Of a DNA stretch of 64,000 nucleotides, positions 34,780 through 48,506 are shown in pieces. The position numbers and the translations under genes were made by a program. Position 1 is the stretch's first letter. Each line of letters starts with the position of its first letter. Origin of the DNA: Yuukianura sp. NJ FZ-2021 (Eukaryota); assembly GCA_046563655.1 (NCBI GenBank), contig CM102288.1, positions 3,534,001-3,598,000 on the forward strand. The letters are read 5' to 3'. The notes beneath the pieces were generated by a model. It was not told where the DNA came from. It made no database searches and saw only the letters and a list, made by a program, of their open reading frames with translations.

Positions 34780-37700
34780 TCAATTTGATTCAGAAATTCT
34801 TCTTTTGGAGACGCTGAATGACTGTGGATTGAATGCCGCTGCTGTCCGGAGCCACAACGTCTCTTGTCCAAAATCTCTAATAAAACTATCATCGTCATCG
34901 TTGCCACCAACATTGTTGCCACCAACACTGTTGTCATGTAAGGGGCTACCGATGACACTGGCAATGTCACCATGGCTTCCACTGTTATTGTCATCAGATC
35001 GCTGCATTATGGTAGTCACTTCGCTTCCACAGGCACTTGACTCTGTACTGGACAGTAGTTCTCCAATTCCTTTGTCCACAGCATCTGATCCCAACGGAGG
35101 CAGGAGTTTATAGCTGGACTCAAAAGTTGGAAGGTCATCAACTGGAAGATTCATTGGATTAAGTCCTTCGTCACTCAGATTGCGGTCCAGAATTGGGCAT
35201 TCAGTGGGCGTGGTCATGCCGGAATCGTTTAGCTTTGGCGGTGACGCAGTCACTACAGTGAGTTTGCGCAGAAATGTTGGCGATGGTGGATCTGGGTCGT
35301 CACTTGACTGGTCATATTTCGGTTCCAGTCGCTCTATGTCCAGATACTGTCCACTTTCGTTCAACTTGGTCAAGGATGCTGACAGTTCTGGATGAACATC
35401 AAGAGTACTAGTGGAACTTGGTAAAGAAGGTACGGAACTGGACTCGTCTTGATCACAGGTGAAGCAATTCGACTCAGAATTCAACTCTGTGTGAAATGTA
35501 GGTGACATGTCAAGGTCATCTACAGGACTTCCAAGGATTTGGGCTGGTGACGACAAGTTAGCACTCTTCCGACGTTCGAACTTGGTAATTTCATTTTCAA
35601 TGTGACTCAAGTTCTCATTGGGTTCTCCAGTAGTTGACGTAATGACAATAGACTGTTGTGGTTCTGGACTTTTCCCTTTGGAACTTCCACTTCCTCTGCG
35701 CGTAAATGGAAAAGGTTCGACTCTGCCCATGCGTCGTTTCCTCACAGCTCGAGTTTCATCAGAGACTAGAAGTAGTGGAAGTCTACTGGAAGTTGATAGT
35801 CTTCTGCCAGCATCCAGTTCCAGTGTTAGGCTATTCGTGAGGCATTTTGGATCAATTTCTTCCGATTCATACGCTTTCTTCCTCCAGCCATTCAGAAAAC
35901 GATCTTGAGTTTTTCCATGTTTGACTTCCCCTGAAGGCACTGCATTGTTTCCACCAACTAGCTCCAGGTCAGAGAACGAAGATCTCAACCAAACCTACAA
36001 TTGACACAATTAGTTTAACATTTAACTTAGAAGTGCTAATTAAAACATGAATTTAAACTAAACATAAAAGATCAGTTGGGCACTTGAAGAGTTTGCTCAA
36101 GTAAATTCAAAAGCGAAAAGTAGAAAGCAAAATTTTATTAAAGCTCAGGCCATGCATAAAATTTTACAAGCTGTCGATTTGCAATAATATCATCATCAAA
36201 ATTCATTTAAAAAAAAGGTCGAAGTAAACCTTATGGCGGATGATTGTAACCCCTATTGAAATTCCGAAACGCAGATTCAAAAACCCCGAATTTGAGCTCT
36301 ACAATCACCCGCCATAAAGTTTACTTCATCCAAAACAATAGTCACACCCAAAACCAAAGTCAAATCAACCTACGGAGTTAACCTACGTGTCAAGCATTTG
36401 TGCATGCAGAAGGCTCCAGCCTCAAATGCTTAAGCTGGAATTTTGACTGGAATTTTGGAATTGGAAGGACTAACGTTTTCAATGCCTTTTTCCTGTGGAA
36501 CCAATTGGTCCAGACCCTTGTCTAGACTCAAACTACTGAAGAGCTGCTGGTCCACTTCCTCTGTCAACTCTTGAGCCATTTCTAGACTTTCGCTAGGACT
36601 GGGTGGCCACCTAGTATGACAAAAGAAAAACAGTGTCTTTGACCTTTACAATTTTACATTTATAATGAAGTCGACATTTTGTTTTTACCCGGGTATCGTG
36701 AGCCTGTCGTGCAAAAGATTGTGAAGGTTAGGAAGCGTCGCCCGAAGTTCAGTTGTTGAGAGTCCACAAAACCAGCGGAGTTGAGCAATATTTTTATTAA
36801 GAAGGTACACGGCATACCTAGAATGAAAAATATGAAAAAGTTAGTTTTGAGTCAGCGGGATTTTTAAAAAATGTGAACCTGGAGTAGACATCTTCTTTGT
36901 TCCTAAAATAGAGCGGGAACTCTCGTTCTTTGTCTGTAATAGCTTCAGTGATTTGATCCACAATACGAGACAGAGATCCAAAGTGACGAAGTGGATACCG
37001 GAGAGGAATCCCCAAGAAGAAACTGATCATGGCCGTCAGATGAGCTGTGTAACCAAGTGCCACGGAAATCTGGCCCTGAAAAAAATTCAGACAAAAATGA
37101 GTACAAATGAGCACAAAATGAGTACAAAAAATGACAAAAAAAAAATCCGTAGCGAAAGGGTTAAAAAAATCGCCGATTTGCTAAAAAAAACAAACATTTT
37201 TACCGGAGTTTCAGTCCCGTAGTCTTCGGCATTTGGCAGCTGAATTTCATTAATGGAATACTTCTTGGAACCTTCCACCTTAAAATTGATAAGAACTCAT
37301 AAAAATCAACTATTCACGTTCAAATACATCGTTTTAGGTCAAGGTCATACTAGAGACAATGGGTAGATTAGAAGAAGCTCTGAAATGAGTTCCCGTCGTC
37401 GCTGGAACAGTTGAGCAGAAAGTCGGACTAAATTGATTTTCTTCTCCTGCACGACAGCTTTGATTTCTTTGAGCCTGTCCATGTCCCGTCCAAGCATTTG
37501 CATCCGACCCATTAGGTCTGACGAGATATCCTCGCAGTCATAAAAATCTTTTTTGAGTTGAATTACATGACCGAATCGTCGGATCTTCTCGTCACGTAAA
37601 ATGGCTACTCGCTGTCTTAAGCTCTCAATTTTTTCTTTCAGTTCCAGTCGTAACCGTCCTTCTTTAGCTCGAATCAGACTCTTTTCTCCGAAAATCTTGG

Positions 37701-38591
37701 ACATAGAATTAGTTTCAGTCGGTTGAATTTCCTGGGAGTACCCGTACATACTAATTCTAGACTTCAGGTCTTGACCCAGCGAAACCTAAAATCAAACCAC
37801 ACAATTTTAGCACTTTGGGTAAAAACTGGGTTGAATTTGATCATTACCTCGTCCAAAACAGATCGCTGAATGCTATGAAGAGCTGAAAGTTTCTTGAGTG
37901 TGTAGGATGCCCGAACTTGGTCAGCAGGCAGCTGGATTTGGAGGTATCTGTGAGCTGACAGAGGGCGTTTTAGAAGTGAATCTAGCGAAGTAAAGAATCC
38001 AAAGGGCATTCTGAACAGAAGCGTATTAGGACCAAAGTCCTTAGTGTTCCAGTCTCCCTTGGATCCCAAGTAGTGTAGTCCTCCCAAGTACACACCCCAC
38101 GAGATCACAATTTTCTGTTGCGGAGAAGTAGAGGTCGCAGGTCCAGGACCGTTGACACTTTGCGACACTTCATCAGCAGGATTTCTAGATTCTGAACCAT
38201 CGTTAGTCCTACTCACTGTCCAGATTCTGATGATGAAGCCTGCAGCGGACAGGCGAACTGACTCGGGGAATTGTCTTGGTTCAATTTCCTTCCAGGAAAC
38301 GACCCGCCTTTTGGTCTGTAGGCGTTCACTAGTGAAGAACGGAGTTGACATTGTCCGAGTATGAAGGGTGAAGTAGACTTCGTCATGTCTGTTGTCCACT
38401 TCCAAATTAAGGCCAATCACTTGAATCACATTTCGTAGACGAATCTAAAAAAAATCAAAACAAAAACACGTTTTAGTTTGATTTGAGTGTCATTCAGTTG
38501 CTAATTCTTCAGCTGTTTTTACCTGCTGAGAAACGAGAAGAAGCCAATCTTTGTAGCGTGGATCCGAACGTTGATATACCAAGAACGACAT
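34780..38591 (-). CDS. UVRAG: UV radiation resistance-associated gene protein (PI3K class III complex II subunit)
   Basis: [26 protein letters not shown]2-like domain, coiled coil ...[80 protein letters not shown]; long Ser-rich last exon ~35996-34780. Confidence 0.95.
36221..36327. mobile_element. Small MITE-like foldback element in a UVRAG intron
   Basis: 28-bp inverted repeats gaagtaaaccttatggcggatgattgta (36221-36248) and tacaatcacccgccataaagtttacttc (36300-36327), with 2 mismatches. No clear TSD. Confidence 0.6.
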
Positions 38592-39083
38592 TTCATTAGG
38601 ACTACTCAAAGTCAAACTGATCATCCAAAACTGTCAATTGCAATTCCTTAACGTCATTCTAACACGGCTGTGAAAGTTATTAACTAAACAACTAAATGGG
38701 GAGAAAGATCAATTAAATTAAACCTGCTGATAATTTCCTCCTCTCAAACACTGACTATCTGTGTATTCAATCTGTCTCTGTCCAGTAGTCCAGTTCATCA
38801 TCATCTCATCCCATTCTAAAAAAAAAAGACACAAAAAATTCCAAAAACAAAAAATTCCATAAATTTTAGTTCGAATTTTCCCGCTTCCTTCGATGCGCCT
38901 TATAAGGCAACAGTAATACAGTTTTGGTACAGTAGAATTACTGGTATTCAACAATGAACTACCTATGTACTATTAATTGAAGTTAATGACAGTAAAACTA
39001 TAAATTGTTAATTAATCGAAATATCCGGCTCCATAAATATCTTCTGCACAGCACATGGGCAGGTGTCGCTACCACCCAATGTT

Positions 39084-40227
39084 TTAATAGTTCTCCGCTT
39101 CGGCGGGTGTTTTCTGCCAAGATTCCATTGGATGACCGTAAACAAAACGATTTCCAAAATTATACGGTCTAAAACATAAGACAAAAGTCGAAAATCAATC
39201 GTTGTGTACGGAAATTCAGAAATTAACTGACAGGATTACTTTCATCGTAAAAAGCTTACTTCAACTTTCCATCTTTGTACTCTATCAAAATGATTTCAGC
39301 AATCCGTCTTCCAGTAACATCATCCATCTTGTCGTCAACCTGTAAAGTAGATTTTTATTTAACGTTTATTTTTGGAATTTTTAATAGTCTTTTAAATTCT
39401 TCAACTTGTAGCGGTCATTAGAGCGAACACAAATAATCGGGAATTCCACAAATTGGCAACACTAAATTTACCGTCATAGCCCAGAACGATTTCGTTTCGT
39501 CTTCAAGTTCTTCCTCAAAATGATCCAGAACTGTGTATGGCAAGTGAATATTGGTTCCAGGGGGAACTGTTGTTACACAAATTAAACTTGTATTAAATAT
39601 TATAATAATTTCACAATAACTAATTTAGAAAAGTAACTCACACCAAATCTTAGCCCGAGTAGCCTGTTGAGGAAAGTCGCAAAACGCTTTCCTGATGAAT
39701 CGCAGTTGTTCGACGCTAGTGCGGTATAAGCCCCCATAATCCAATAGATCCAATGTCACTTCCCCGTTGTCTAGATCCCGGTTGAAAACTGCCACTCTAA
39801 GATTGGTTTATCGGTTTAGTTAACCATTAATTCTGATTTTTCAGTTAATGCAAACTTACCGACACCAGCTCCTGCTTTTTGTGGAAAAATAAACATAATG
39901 GCCTCCTTTCACCACATCTTCAATTCTCGGAACAGGAAGTATCTCCGCATGAGCTTCGTACCAAGCGTTCATCTTCACAGTGAATACGATGAATTGTACG
40001 CTGTCCTTTGGCCTGATCTATAAATGTCGAGACAAGTATAACAGTATAAGTACTGGAAGGCACAATGCTAATCGCTGGAAAGTAGCTTCTTCTTAGTAAG
40101 AGGCTCTTACGACAAAGTTGTCCAGGTCATAGAAGTGGGTAATGCCGATCTCCCGGAGAAGGTCCACTCGTTGTTCGAGCACGGAAACCGGAAAGCTTTC
40201 AGGCGCCATGAAGTCATCTTCAGCCAT
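39084..40227 (-). CDS. Stand-alone extended-Tudor-domain protein, 229 aa, 6 exons (not in the ORF track)
   Basis: Exons (minus) 40227-40111, 40017-39860, 39796-39642, 39566-39472, 39339-39260, 39168-39084; total 690 nt, phases consistent. Signature YVYFSTKSRSWCRVAV...VTLDLLDYGG...LRFIRKAFCDFPQQATRAKI matches the eTudor pattern WYRxxV...VxFxDYG...LRxLxxxFxxLPxQAxxCxL. Confidence 0.85.
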
Positions 40228-40849
40228 TTTGACGGTTACTCTTTGTTAGGAGACCCACACCCAACACCCAACCACCCAAGCAAGTTTTTCGCTCACTCGC
40301 TCTCCTCAGACTCAAACTGTTAGGTTACTCTTACTATTTTACTGTAACTGTTGACATGTACGTTTACTTACACCGTACAACGTAAATTTACATGTAAGTT
40401 ACAGTGTAATTTACATCTTACGATTACCCACGGATGAGAAATAGGCCTGCCGCGGCAGGATGCTTTCTGCTTTCTTCAATGACGATTACCTTAGTAGTTG
40501 TCGGTTGTAATTTAGATGTTGACAGAAATAAGTTACAGTAGATGGAAATCGGGTTGAACAGAGATGGCGCTTGAGACCAATTATGTACAAAAGTTTTATT
40601 GACACAAAACTGAAAAACTGTTTAAAAAATTCCGGCAGATCTTTAGATGCTTATGTTAACACTTTAAAAACAAATAGATTGACCAATTAGGTTGTCTATT
40701 AACAATTATGTTGTAGAGTGCATTGTATCGAGATTACAGATGTTCATTTTAGAGATTTTTTTAACCAGTGAAATGTGGCGTTTCGTGCAGTTGCTGTTTA
40801 CGGTCGTGATTTGTCGTCAATTGCGTTTAGTTGAGCTTCGTTTCGTTAA

Positions 40850-42164
40850 TTAAACAGCGTTAATGGTTCCAATATAGTTAAAGTTGGAGTCATTCTTGAT
40901 CACAGGCGTTGTTTTTGGTAAAGTTTCTTTTCGGAGTCCTTCCAAATGTTTTGTACGGTTGTACAGAAGTACTCCTCCAATGGCAATGATCATTCCCAGG
41001 AAATTGGTCCAGCTCACCGGGTTTCTGAGCATGAGAATGCTAACGCAGATTATCGCAATTCGTTTTGTGGCACTCGCAACTGCGTAGGTCAAAGGTGTGA
41101 CCAAGGTCAACAGAGAGAATGCGATGATGTTATGTAAAAAGTTTAGCAGGCCGTCGGCTGCCAGGAGCCACATCACTGATGTTGGATCATGCAGCTCCAG
41201 ATTACCCTGAAGTTAAACCACAAAAACCATTAATCTCTTTGTTTCAAAGCATCATAAGTTGTAAAACTTTACCATGATAAGGCGTCGGGCATCCACTACA
41301 AACCAAAATGGTAGGAACATGAGCAGGCTGAGCCGCCCCAGGGTTGCTAGAAGTTGAAACTGATGAATACCGGTTCTTTTAAGTACCCGTTTAGAAAATA
41401 TGTTCTGGAGGGAGAATCCTCCAGTGGCCATCAAGGCTGATATGAGTCCAATTGCATCGAAACTGAGTTCCGTCAGTGTGGCCAAAACGACTCCAAATAT
41501 GATCGGTATGAGGCTACAGTAGACTCCGGTGGAATGTTTTTCGCCGAACAGGACCCGCGTTATTACTATCGTGAACAGTGGCATGGTTGCTTTCACTAAA
41601 ACAAAAATTCGTCACAATCAATTAATTTTCGGTTCTGGAGACTGGAGTACAATGTATGTGGAGCGTCTTGGCTTACCGGTGTGAGCATAGCTAACAGCAA
41701 CTCTCCATATACTAAAAAAATCGGTGGAAAAATTATACACTTAGGATTTTCAAAAATCGCCTGTTATTAATATGCAAAGGTCAACCTGATGTGAGTAGTT
41801 ACAGAGGCTAGGAACTTTCCAACTGCTAGAGGAATGATGATCTTTTTGTAAATTCCAGCATCGACTGGTCGATGACCTTTGACATAAAATCGTAAGAGTG
41901 GTTCACTCAATATGGCGATCGAGGCAAGTTGAACCATCGTCACGGTCATTGGATACGCTGCAAATCGTAAAATTGAAAACCATGAAACTTCTGAAATTCA
42001 TCTTCTAAAATTTTGAAAAATTATGACTTGGATCTCAATTACTTACGAAATTGATTGAGCAGTGTCTTCCCAACGACGCTGTTGGCAGATGACACGGTGT
42101 ACCAAAGCAAACAGAGAGTGACTATGACCGTCCATTGACCCCATCTTCTTACAAGGCGAAGCAT
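40850..42164 (-). CDS. SLC35E1: Solute carrier family 35 member E1 (triose-phosphate-translocator-like DMT transporter)
   Basis: [107 protein letters not shown]. Confidence 0.93.
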
Positions 42165-42853
42165 TGTACCTTTAGTGTCAGTGACCTTAAAAAGGCCAAT
42201 AGTTAATCGTAAAACTAATTAAACTACTGCTAAAACCTACTCCATATTGTCCAAAATCTGCCAGTTGAATTAAAAAACAGTGACGGTGACGGAAGTCAAA
42301 ATTCAAAAGGCGGATTTCCTTTTCCTATTCATCCCATGCAAAAATCAAATTAAGAAAAACATCAGCTGTTAAAAAGGCGCCGTATTTTTTGCATTTGAAT
42401 AAAAAACACATCAAAACAACTTTTCCTGCGATAAAACATAAAAAAGTTAAATGTTATCCAAATTCACTTGACCTTTTGACCTTTGTAAAAAAAGGTCAAT
42501 CAAAGCTCCTAAATGATATGTAACCGTTAATCAACTTTTGAAAAAAAAAATAGTTCATATTCTTTCACTGGTTTATTTTCAGTTGAAAATTCCTTATCCT
42601 TAAACACCTTACCCTTATCGAGACGAAATTATAGATATCGATAGGATATCGCACCGCACAAAAATCGCAATTTCGCAATCTGTTCCAAGGTTTTGGAACG
42701 TTACTAAAGTAAAACATGAAAAGGAAACTGATGCATTCTTCCAGAATTCGGAAGATGACACAAGGTAGTAGTAGTAGTAGTAGCTGGTCACTTTTGACCT
42801 TGCGCTTCGACATTGTAATTTTATGTAAATGACGATTGACCTTACTCTAACCA

Positions 42854-44178
42854 TCAATTTGGCTTTGGATTATAGTTCTCCAGGATCTGCCCTAGATATT
42901 CGCTGTCATGAGGAGCAGTTGTGAAGATGGATCCCACGAAGGCATGCGTGCCCCACTTATGATGTGAAATAACTTTGCAGCAGCCGAGGTCAATTACTCG
43001 AAATCCAAGGTGGCGGTAGCGTTCGTCCGTTTCAAAAAACGTCAGGTTTGTGTACTTTCCATAAAATGGACGTCCTGACGAAGGATCGATGAAGTCAGCC
43101 CACTGTGCCCTGCCTCTCAGTTGCTGACAGAGTTCTTTCGCAGTTTTGACGAACTGTAAACATCAATCAATTTGTTGTACACTAAAAGACCAACGAATTA
43201 ATTCACACAAGTCTGAAGCTCTTACATAGTCAACCATGACGTCTCGTTCTGATTCCACGTCTGGACTCCAAGTGCTCATATCAAGTTGTGTCCGGTGACA
43301 GAATGTGATCACTGACAGTGGCCCGGATACCAAATGGGGCAGGGCGAATAAAGCTATCATTTCTGTCAAATAATCACAGTAATTAGAATAGTCAAGTTTA
43401 GTTTTACGTTTAACTTGAGCAATCAACAAACCTCGGCGTAAAAGATCTGGGCAAGAGACAGCAAGGCATTCTAAGTTCAGCCGGTCTCTCTGCATGACAA
43501 GTTCTGCTGCAGCCATTTGTTCTTGTCTAACTTTTTCAGCTTGATCGTGATGGCTTATCGTCTGTGAACAAAAGAAACATTATTAGATTTTCGAATCAAT
43601 TGAATATACAAATCTTAGACTAGACTTACATTGACTTGTCTTTGGTAACTGGTAGGGGATTCGCACAGATCGTGCCAGAATGCCACTTCGTCTTCAAATA
43701 ACTTCTTTTCAGTAGCCTCGTCTACGAACGAAGTGATGGTGTCAGATCCAGCCTCAACGGATGGTCGAAACCCAACGTTCCCAGGCAAATTGAATCTCTT
43801 GTCTATTGCTCCCAAGCAACCCAGATTTGGGTCAGGCCACACCGTCGTGTTGTTGACTATAAATGGACACAGCTTAGGATAATCAGTTAGCTTCCAGAAA
43901 CATTGTGCAACTTCTTTGAAAGTGTAACCTGAATGATCAAACAGCAACTGTTCACGATATAGGGGCTTTGATTTCCAGTCCTGATTGGAGTTATCCTTCT
44001 GACTATCACAGGCTAAGATCCGAAAGCCTCGACGACTGATATTTCCAATCCGTTGAGTATTGCTTGTAGAAAAGAGCTACAAATTGACAAAATTACATCT
44101 CAAAATTAACTCTTGTGCAACTTCTTCGGGGGGGAGAAACTTTCCGAATTATACTATGCTGCTTACACGATTCGCCAT
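42854..44178 (-). CDS. MMADHC: Cobalamin trafficking protein CblD (methylmalonic aciduria and homocystinuria type D homolog)
   Basis: MANR| micro-exon then an Arg/Ser-rich presequence; [26 protein letters not shown] (cf. TVWPDxxMGPFGPQDQRFQLPGNIGF); [69 protein letters not shown]. Confidence 0.93.
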
Positions 44179-44965
44179 CTTGCAAAGTAGTCACAGTCTA
44201 ACAGGAATAAATCGTGTGGTGAGGACCCGTCCTTTATTTTGATGACTTTCCAGTATAATGTCAGAGGCTGTAAACAAATGAGATCTATTAAATATTTACG
44301 TTACATTCTCCGGTAAATCGTGAACAAAAACACAACATAACAAGACGACAACAGTCCGTGCATTAAACACAAATGGCAAATAATAAGAAACCAAATTGCA
44401 AGCGGCTCATCATGCAAGCAGCTATTATTACCTAGTTTAAAAACAAAACAACAATGATTAACGATACCAAGATTTATTTTAAAAAAGTACCTGGGATTGG
44501 GAGTGAACGGGAACGGGACTTCTCAGCTGATCGGTTTTAAGATCTCCCACGAAGCTATCTTGTGTTTAGTCGTTTATGTTTTCTTCGTTAATCAAATCGA
44601 AATCGATCTTGCAGGAAAATCCACCTAAACAATACAACGAAGATGTGAATGATAAATGTAAAATTGAAAATAAGGCAGATTCAATTGCCAAAAACGCAAA
44701 AACAGCAGGGAGAAGGGATTTACGTGATATGCCACACGTATTTAGGATTCAGCCACACTATAGCTGGACATTGGATATAAATATAGTAAACAAAGTCCAG
44801 TACTACCGTGGTGTACTTGAGTAGTGAAAGATGAAACGGAAGGTAACGTGGAAACCCAGGCAGGGTAACACTAATCTTAATAGCGGAGTGAAAACAAAAC
44901 CTAGTGTCACATTACGAAACGGTGTGAACACTGCAAAACCCGGTGTAACCTCGGCGTATCTTAGG

Positions 44966-45055
44966 CAAACTCGCCAAGCGAGTTTGGCGTATGTAATCAT
45001 CGCAATTAACTCAGTTTTTTACGCTGATTCCGAATCTGCAATCGGTTTTGACTGA
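44966..45055. repeat. Short hairpin plus TE-like motif in the MMADHC/PDE6D divergent intergenic region
   Basis: caaactcgc-caa-gcgagtttg (44966-44986) is a perfect 9-bp stem. The downstream gctgattccgaatctgc partly resembles (reverse complement gcagattc) the interior of the 36221 element. Confidence 0.35.
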
Positions 45056-45768
45056 CCGCTCTCGTCGTTTTCTATTTTTTTTTGATTTCTAAAAAAAATA
45101 CATTATTTCACTTTTACATTACACAGGTTAACGAACAGTACAAAATCCAGTGTAGCACTACGACATCCGGAGTAGAGTTATGGATTATGGATCCGGTTGT
45201 TAATAAGCTATGGTTCTGAAGCCAAGTCGGACAGACAGACAAGTTGGTCTAATAAAGCTTCCACTACATTCTTAAGATTTAGCTATAGCACATCTTCCCT
45301 TTTGCAATGGAAGAGTGAGGAATGCACATGCGCTAATACACGCAAGATCAAAGATTAGTATGCTAATTCTAGTACATAAACTGATTTTGATTTAGTATCT
45401 CTTGAGAATCCAAGCATGTGTCTGCGTGTGGTCTGTCAGTAATCGATCGATCGATAAGGACAGGTGTATTCGTCATTAATCAAATTTTACAGGCATCCGG
45501 ATTTACCGTTTTACCCCTACCCGGACTCACATTCGTGCAGTCAATCAGAAATTATTAGCAAATTTATTCCCCCGACTCCGTGACACACCACAACGCGACT
45601 GAATCTAGGTAGACTAGTTCTTTTGTGAGATCTTCATCGTTACGCAACACAGAACGATTTTTAACAATTACCCAATTACTCTTACCAATTTTGTATCTAA
45701 TAATCACCTGCTTCTTGAATAACAAACCTCGTACCTCGGCAATATTACGGTTACGGTTGGTGTGAATC

Positions 45769-46518
<750 letters not shown>

Positions 46519-46991
46519 AGACAAACAAGGTCAAGGATCTCTATCCCTTTTGATCTCTATCCCAGAGGATAACATTTGCACTGATGCTGATGCACGATAG
46601 TCAAACTTCGATAGGATCGAAGTCTCTCAACATACCCAATCTTTATAACTATCGCATTCCTTTCCTGAAATTTTCGAAACCAACGATAACGATTAAGTTG
46701 GAATTGTAACTTACTCCAATTCCGGGTTCAGTATTTGAAAGGAGCAAATTTAGTCCACTTGGTTCAGTGTTAGAACCAAGTCAATTTGTACAAATAAACT
46801 ACTAGTAAAGTAAAGTTTAAAGTTTTCAGTTGTAGAAATTACAAGCAATTGTTGCACTTGTAATTGCATGTTTACTGCTATCCGTTGCTTCATTTGTGGA
46901 TAACAAACAGAACTAATGTTGATGAGGTTGACTTACTATACTACCTACGTTTAGTAGTAGCGACGGAAACTGAATTCGACAGTTTACTGAA

Positions 46992-47893
46992 TTAGTAATC
47001 GCCAGGACTGGTATCCGAAATCTCCACTCCACGGTCGCGATACATATCTGCCGCATCCAGTTCGTTCTGCCGATGATACTTGCCGTGGATTGTTGGAGCA
47101 ACAAAGTGGTTGGGATAGTCACCACGGTAAGCCATGAGGTCCTGTACTCGTCGATCCAGAATCCTGAAAGAGCGAGACATAGACATTTCACGACCAGTTT
47201 AGACATGCATTTTTAATCGAGTAATTAGTAACCTCATCTTTCGGATCTCTTCATTCTCGGCCATGTAGAACAAGTTCCGCTCATAGTCCTCTTGGTGGCT
47301 CGTAAAAAAGTAGTGGGCCAGAAACCGAGTGATGGGGTGCTGAAATGGGGAAAATAGAGATAACAGATAAATAATTTACAATCCACCAATTAACAAACTA
47401 TTTAACACTTTTTTAAAAAATTACCCGGTGATACTCGTACTCTTTCGGTGTATATCCTTCAGGTATTGGTTTCAATGTTGCTGGTCCAATGAAAACGTTG
47501 ACATAAAAGACGATGGCTAAACAAGGAATAAGACCGAGCATAGTGTAAAAATGCAGCATGTCCTTGTACTTGTTCCATGAGTAACGGCTTGGGGTAATAG
47601 CGAAATGTCTCTCCTCGTGAGGGTCCTCACTACTAGCAAGCACCTTCGCTGTAAAGGCAAACGTAATTGATCAAATCTCTTACAGCAATCGTGAATCCTT
47701 ATAGAGCTGCAATAAATTGACCAAACTTACATGTCACAAATTGTCGAATCTGTGTCAAGGCTGGAGCAGATATTTTGGCCAATGAGAGATAGTGTTGCTG
47801 TTGTAGGGCTTGAGGAGAAACGAGAGAATATCGAATAGCCGTAATCGTTGTTACCGAAGGTCGACCAGCACGGATTAAACTCAGGACACACAT
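46992..47893 (-). CDS. NDUFB5: NADH dehydrogenase [ubiquinone] 1 beta subcomplex subunit 5 (SGDH), mitochondrial
   Basis: Basic presequence; FAITPSRYSWNKYKDMLHFYTMLGLIP...VNVFIGPATLKPIPEGYTPKEYEYHR|HPITRFLA; VQDLMAYRGDY. Confidence 0.95.
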
Positions 47894-48506
47894 CCTGATT
47901 AATTAGTAAATTGAACAAATCAAATCAAGGGCAAATAACAATCAAATTAACTTCCCAAAGAAATCTAAAAACATCCAAATTCAAATGTATGAATCAGCTG
48001 ATTGCGATTGCTACAAAATGCAAAATTGAAATGCCATTCTCTTTAGGACAAAACAAACCGCAATGGCAATTCGTGGTAAGAAAATAATTTAATTATGAAA
48101 ATAGTAAAATAACAACGTAAAATGGTAATGCATTATTAATATTTAAATAAAAGTAATTAATATAATAAAATTGAATATTATATATTACGCATAGTATTTT
48201 ATAAACTCAAACGACAGAAAAGGTTTGATACGTTTTGCAGGAAAATGAGTCTTGCCATATGCCATTGCAAATTCCTCATTACCAATTGGTTTTGGTTTCT
48301 TCACTGCGCTTGCCCGAAATCCGCCATTTTGAATCTCCCAGAGTGTAAACAAACGACAAAGGAAAGAAAAAGTAAACCATGAACCTTTTTAATTTTCTGT
48401 TGCAATGCAAATTACTAATTTAATTAGCTTTTGCTAACATTTTTATTGAAATTTTACAAACAATTGGTTTACAAAGGTCTAAACGTCCTCTCACTGGATA
48501 ACGGAG

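Noticed and set aside
34569..35908. Overlapping ORFs (141 aa minus; 102, 71 and 96 aa plus)
   Set aside because: Alternative-frame or antisense shadows of the UVRAG terminal exon.
44576..45055. 82-aa and 74-aa plus-strand ORFs between MMADHC and PDE6D
   Set aside because: No recognisable domain or supporting exon chain; the region includes repeat-like sequence.
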